A DNA stretch of 64,000 nt from NCBI GenBank assembly GCA_963762145.1, contig CAVXJS010000014.1:192001-256000 (forward strand). The letters are read 5' to 3'. A model generated the notes under the pieces. The model was not told the DNA's origin. It made no database searches and was given only the letters and a program-made list of their open reading frames with translations. The stretch comes from an uncultured Candidatus Rokubacteria bacterium. GTDB taxonomy: Bacteria; Methylomirabilota; Methylomirabilia; Rokubacteriales; CSP1-6. The position numbers and the translations under genes are program-made. Positions 62,224 to 64,000 of the stretch are shown here, piece after piece; position 1 is the stretch's first letter, and every line of letters starts with the position of its first letter.

Positions 62224-62934
62224 GTGGACTTGACCGCGCCGGAACGGCTGACCGTTGCCAGCTACAACATTCACCGCTGTTACGGCCGCGACGGGCGTTG
62301 CATGCCGGGCCGCATCGCGGACGTGCTGCGCGAGCTCCGCGCGGACGTGGTCGCGATCCAGGAAATTGAAACCCAGGCCGAGGGCGGGGTCGGGCTCCTC
62401 GAGGATCTGGCGCGGGAGACGGGCTCGACCATGATCCCGGGACCGACCATGTTCCGATCCGGCGCCCACTACGGCAACGCGATCCTGACCCGGCTCCCGG
62501 TCAAGAGCGTCGCGCAGGTCGATCTCAGCGTGCCGGGGCGCGAGCCGAGGGGCGCGATCGACGTCCGGCTCGACGCGGGCGCCGGCATCCTCCGGGTGTG
62601 CGCCTCGCATCTTGGGCTCCGGCCCGCCGAGCGGCGGACGCAGGTCAAGCAGCTGCTGATGCAGCTGGCCACCGAGCCGGGGGATATCGACGTGCTGATC
62701 GGCGACATCAACGAGTGGCTCCTTTGGGGCCGGCCGGTGCGCTGGCTCCACCGGTTCTTCGTCAAGCCGCCGGCCCCCGCGACCTTCCCGTCGCGCTGGC
62801 CGCTTCTGGCCCTCGACCGCATCTGGGTGCGGCCGCGGCGACGGCTCGAGCGCGTGTTCGTGCACCGGAGCCCGACCGCGCGCGTGGCCTCCGACCACCT
62901 GCCCGTGGTGGCCTGGCTCACGCCCCCCGCCTAG
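62224..62934 (+). CDS. Endonuclease/exonuclease/phosphatase family protein
   Basis: SYNIH, AIQE, GNAILT, GDINEW, LDRIW, SDHLP. Confidence 0.92.
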   Translation: MDLTAPERLTVASYNIHRCYGRDGRCMPGRIADVLRELRADVVAIQEIETQAEGGVGLLEDLARETGSTMIPGPTMFRSGAHYGNAILTRLPVKSVAQVDLSVPGREPRGAIDVRLDAGAGILRVCASHLGLRPAERRTQVKQLLMQLATEPGDIDVLIGDINEWLLWGRPVRWLHRFFVKPPAPATFPSRWPLLALDRIWVRPRRRLERVFVHRSPTARVASDHLPVVAWLTPPA

Positions 62935-62954
62935 GCCGGGGTCACGCCTAGGCC

Positions 62955-63028
62955 GGGGTCAGGTCTTACATTCCGACATTTCGCCTGGCCGCTACGCGGC
63001 CAAATGTCGGAATGTAAGACCTGACCCC
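62955..63028. repeat. Perfect 27-bp inverted repeat (REP-like palindrome)
   Basis: GGGGTCAGGTCTTACATTCCGACATTT (62955-62981) and its exact reverse complement (63002-63028), separated by a 20-nt spacer. Confidence 0.9.
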
Positions 63029-63029
63029 G

Positions 63030-63419
63030 TCAGAGGGGCTTGCAGCCGGGGCGGTCGTAGCGGTGGAACTCGCCCCGCGCGTTGATGGCCACGCGGATGC
63101 TCGGCGTGGTGCCCACCGGCTCCAGATGGTGCCAGAGGTGCTTCGGCCCGAAGACGAAGTCGCCCGCGCGCGCGTGAATCGGCGCGGTCTGCCCCTCGAT
63201 GTACCAGTCGATCTCGCCCTGCAGCACCACCCACCACTCGTCGTGATGATGGTAGTGCGTGTCATTGGGCTGGCCGGGCGGGTGGCAGATCAGGAAGGCC
63301 TGGATGTCGTCGGTCAGCACCACCGCCTCCGACCAGGGCGGCGCGCCCTTCCTGGCGATGAGCTCGGGCAGGCGGCTCTGGAGCGAGCCGATCTGGAGCA
63401 GCGGGATCCGTTCGGTCAT
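63030..63419 (-). CDS. Cupin domain protein
   Basis: HYHHHDEWWVVLQG and WHH cupin motifs. GGAG RBS, ATG overlaps the upstream stop. Confidence 0.85.
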   Translation of the reverse strand: MTERIPLLQIGSLQSRLPELIARKGAPPWSEAVVLTDDIQAFLICHPPGQPNDTHYHHHDEWWVVLQGEIDWYIEGQTAPIHARAGDFVFGPKHLWHHLEPVGTTPSIRVAINARGEFHRYDRPGCKPL

Positions 63420-64000
63420 GTCGTGGAGGCTCCCCGACGGCGTGCGAGCCATCGCCGCGCTCCCTCCGCGGCCTGGACGAGGCCGCCGGGGAAGATCAGC
63501 ACGATGGCGATGAAGAGCACGCCGAAGATCAAGAGGTGAAAGTCCACCCAGCGCACGGTCAGGTACTCCTTGAGCAGCACGTAGAGCACGGCGCCCAGCA
63601 CCGGGCCGTGCAGGGTGCCGACGCCGCCGATGAACGTCATGAGCAGCGCCTCGAAGGTCCAGTGGGGCCCGAAGGGATGCGACGGATAGTAGCTAATGTG
63701 GTAGTAGGCGAAGAAGCCTCCCGCCAGCCCGGCCAGCGCGGTCGAGAGCACGAGCGCGCGCAGCTTGAGCGCCAGCCCGGCCACCCCGCTGGCCTCCGCC
63801 GCGTCCTCGTCCTCGCGGATGGCCTGCATGCCGAGGCCGAGGCGCGAGCCCGCGAGCGCGGCCACCGCGATCACCGACAGGGCGGCCAGCGCCAGGGCCA
63901 GGTAGTAGCGGGGCGCGAGCCGGTAGGCCGCGATGCTGGCCGCGGGCAGCGTCGAGATCTCGGGCAGCGTGTTGCTCACGAACGTGCGCAGGATCTCGCC
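63416..64000 (-). CDS. Branched-chain amino acid ABC permease (LivM-like), 3' part
   Basis: AIREDEDAA, IGGVGTLHGPVLGA, FPGGL. Runs off the window end. Confidence 0.88.
   Translation of the reverse strand, partial: GEILRTFVSNTLPEISTLPAASIAAYRLAPRYYLALALAALSVIAVAALAGSRLGLGMQAIREDEDAAEASGVAGLALKLRALVLSTALAGLAGGFFAYYHISYYPSHPFGPHWTFEALLMTFIGGVGTLHGPVLGAVLYVLLKEYLTVRWVDFHLLIFGVLFIAIVLIFPGGLVQAAEGARRWLARRRGASTT

Overview
A 64 kb, very GC-rich bacterial chromosomal segment. Gene content (many ABC substrate-binding proteins, LLM oxidoreductases, TAG stops, boxC-like repeats) is reminiscent of Candidatus Rokubacteria/Methylomirabilota, which is inference only. It holds about 60 CDS: housekeeping and envelope genes (hisC, glnD, CDP-alcohol phosphatidyltransferase, TPR lytic transglycosylase, msrPQ, NifU-domain protein), a stress-type operon, catabolic/transport clusters and three LLM enzymes. 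I saw no rRNA, tRNA, CRISPR array, transposase or integrase. Main observations that the ORF track misses or splits: (1) two probable selenoproteins 3.3 kb apart, a BCP peroxiredoxin (TPG-UGA-TAEGC) and a radical SAM protein ending WFC-UGA-AEP, each with a SECIS-like hairpin just after the UGA; (2) a four-gene secreted locus at 30.9-36.8 kb behind a sigma54-like promoter (beta-helix/Ig/PKD protein, two divergent paralogous exported proteins, and a phospholipase C/S1-P1-type trinuclear-zinc enzyme in AT-richer DNA) that resembles an undescribed toxin-immunity or surface-enzyme system; (3) six boxC-like palindromic repeats, three of which encode protein C-termini, plus a perfect 27-bp inverted repeat; (4) repeated leaderless-type promoters. 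Clusters of single-base frameshifts (18.8-21.8, 34.2-34.8, 38.0, 56.2, 58.7-60.6 kb) most likely reflect sequencing or assembly indels.
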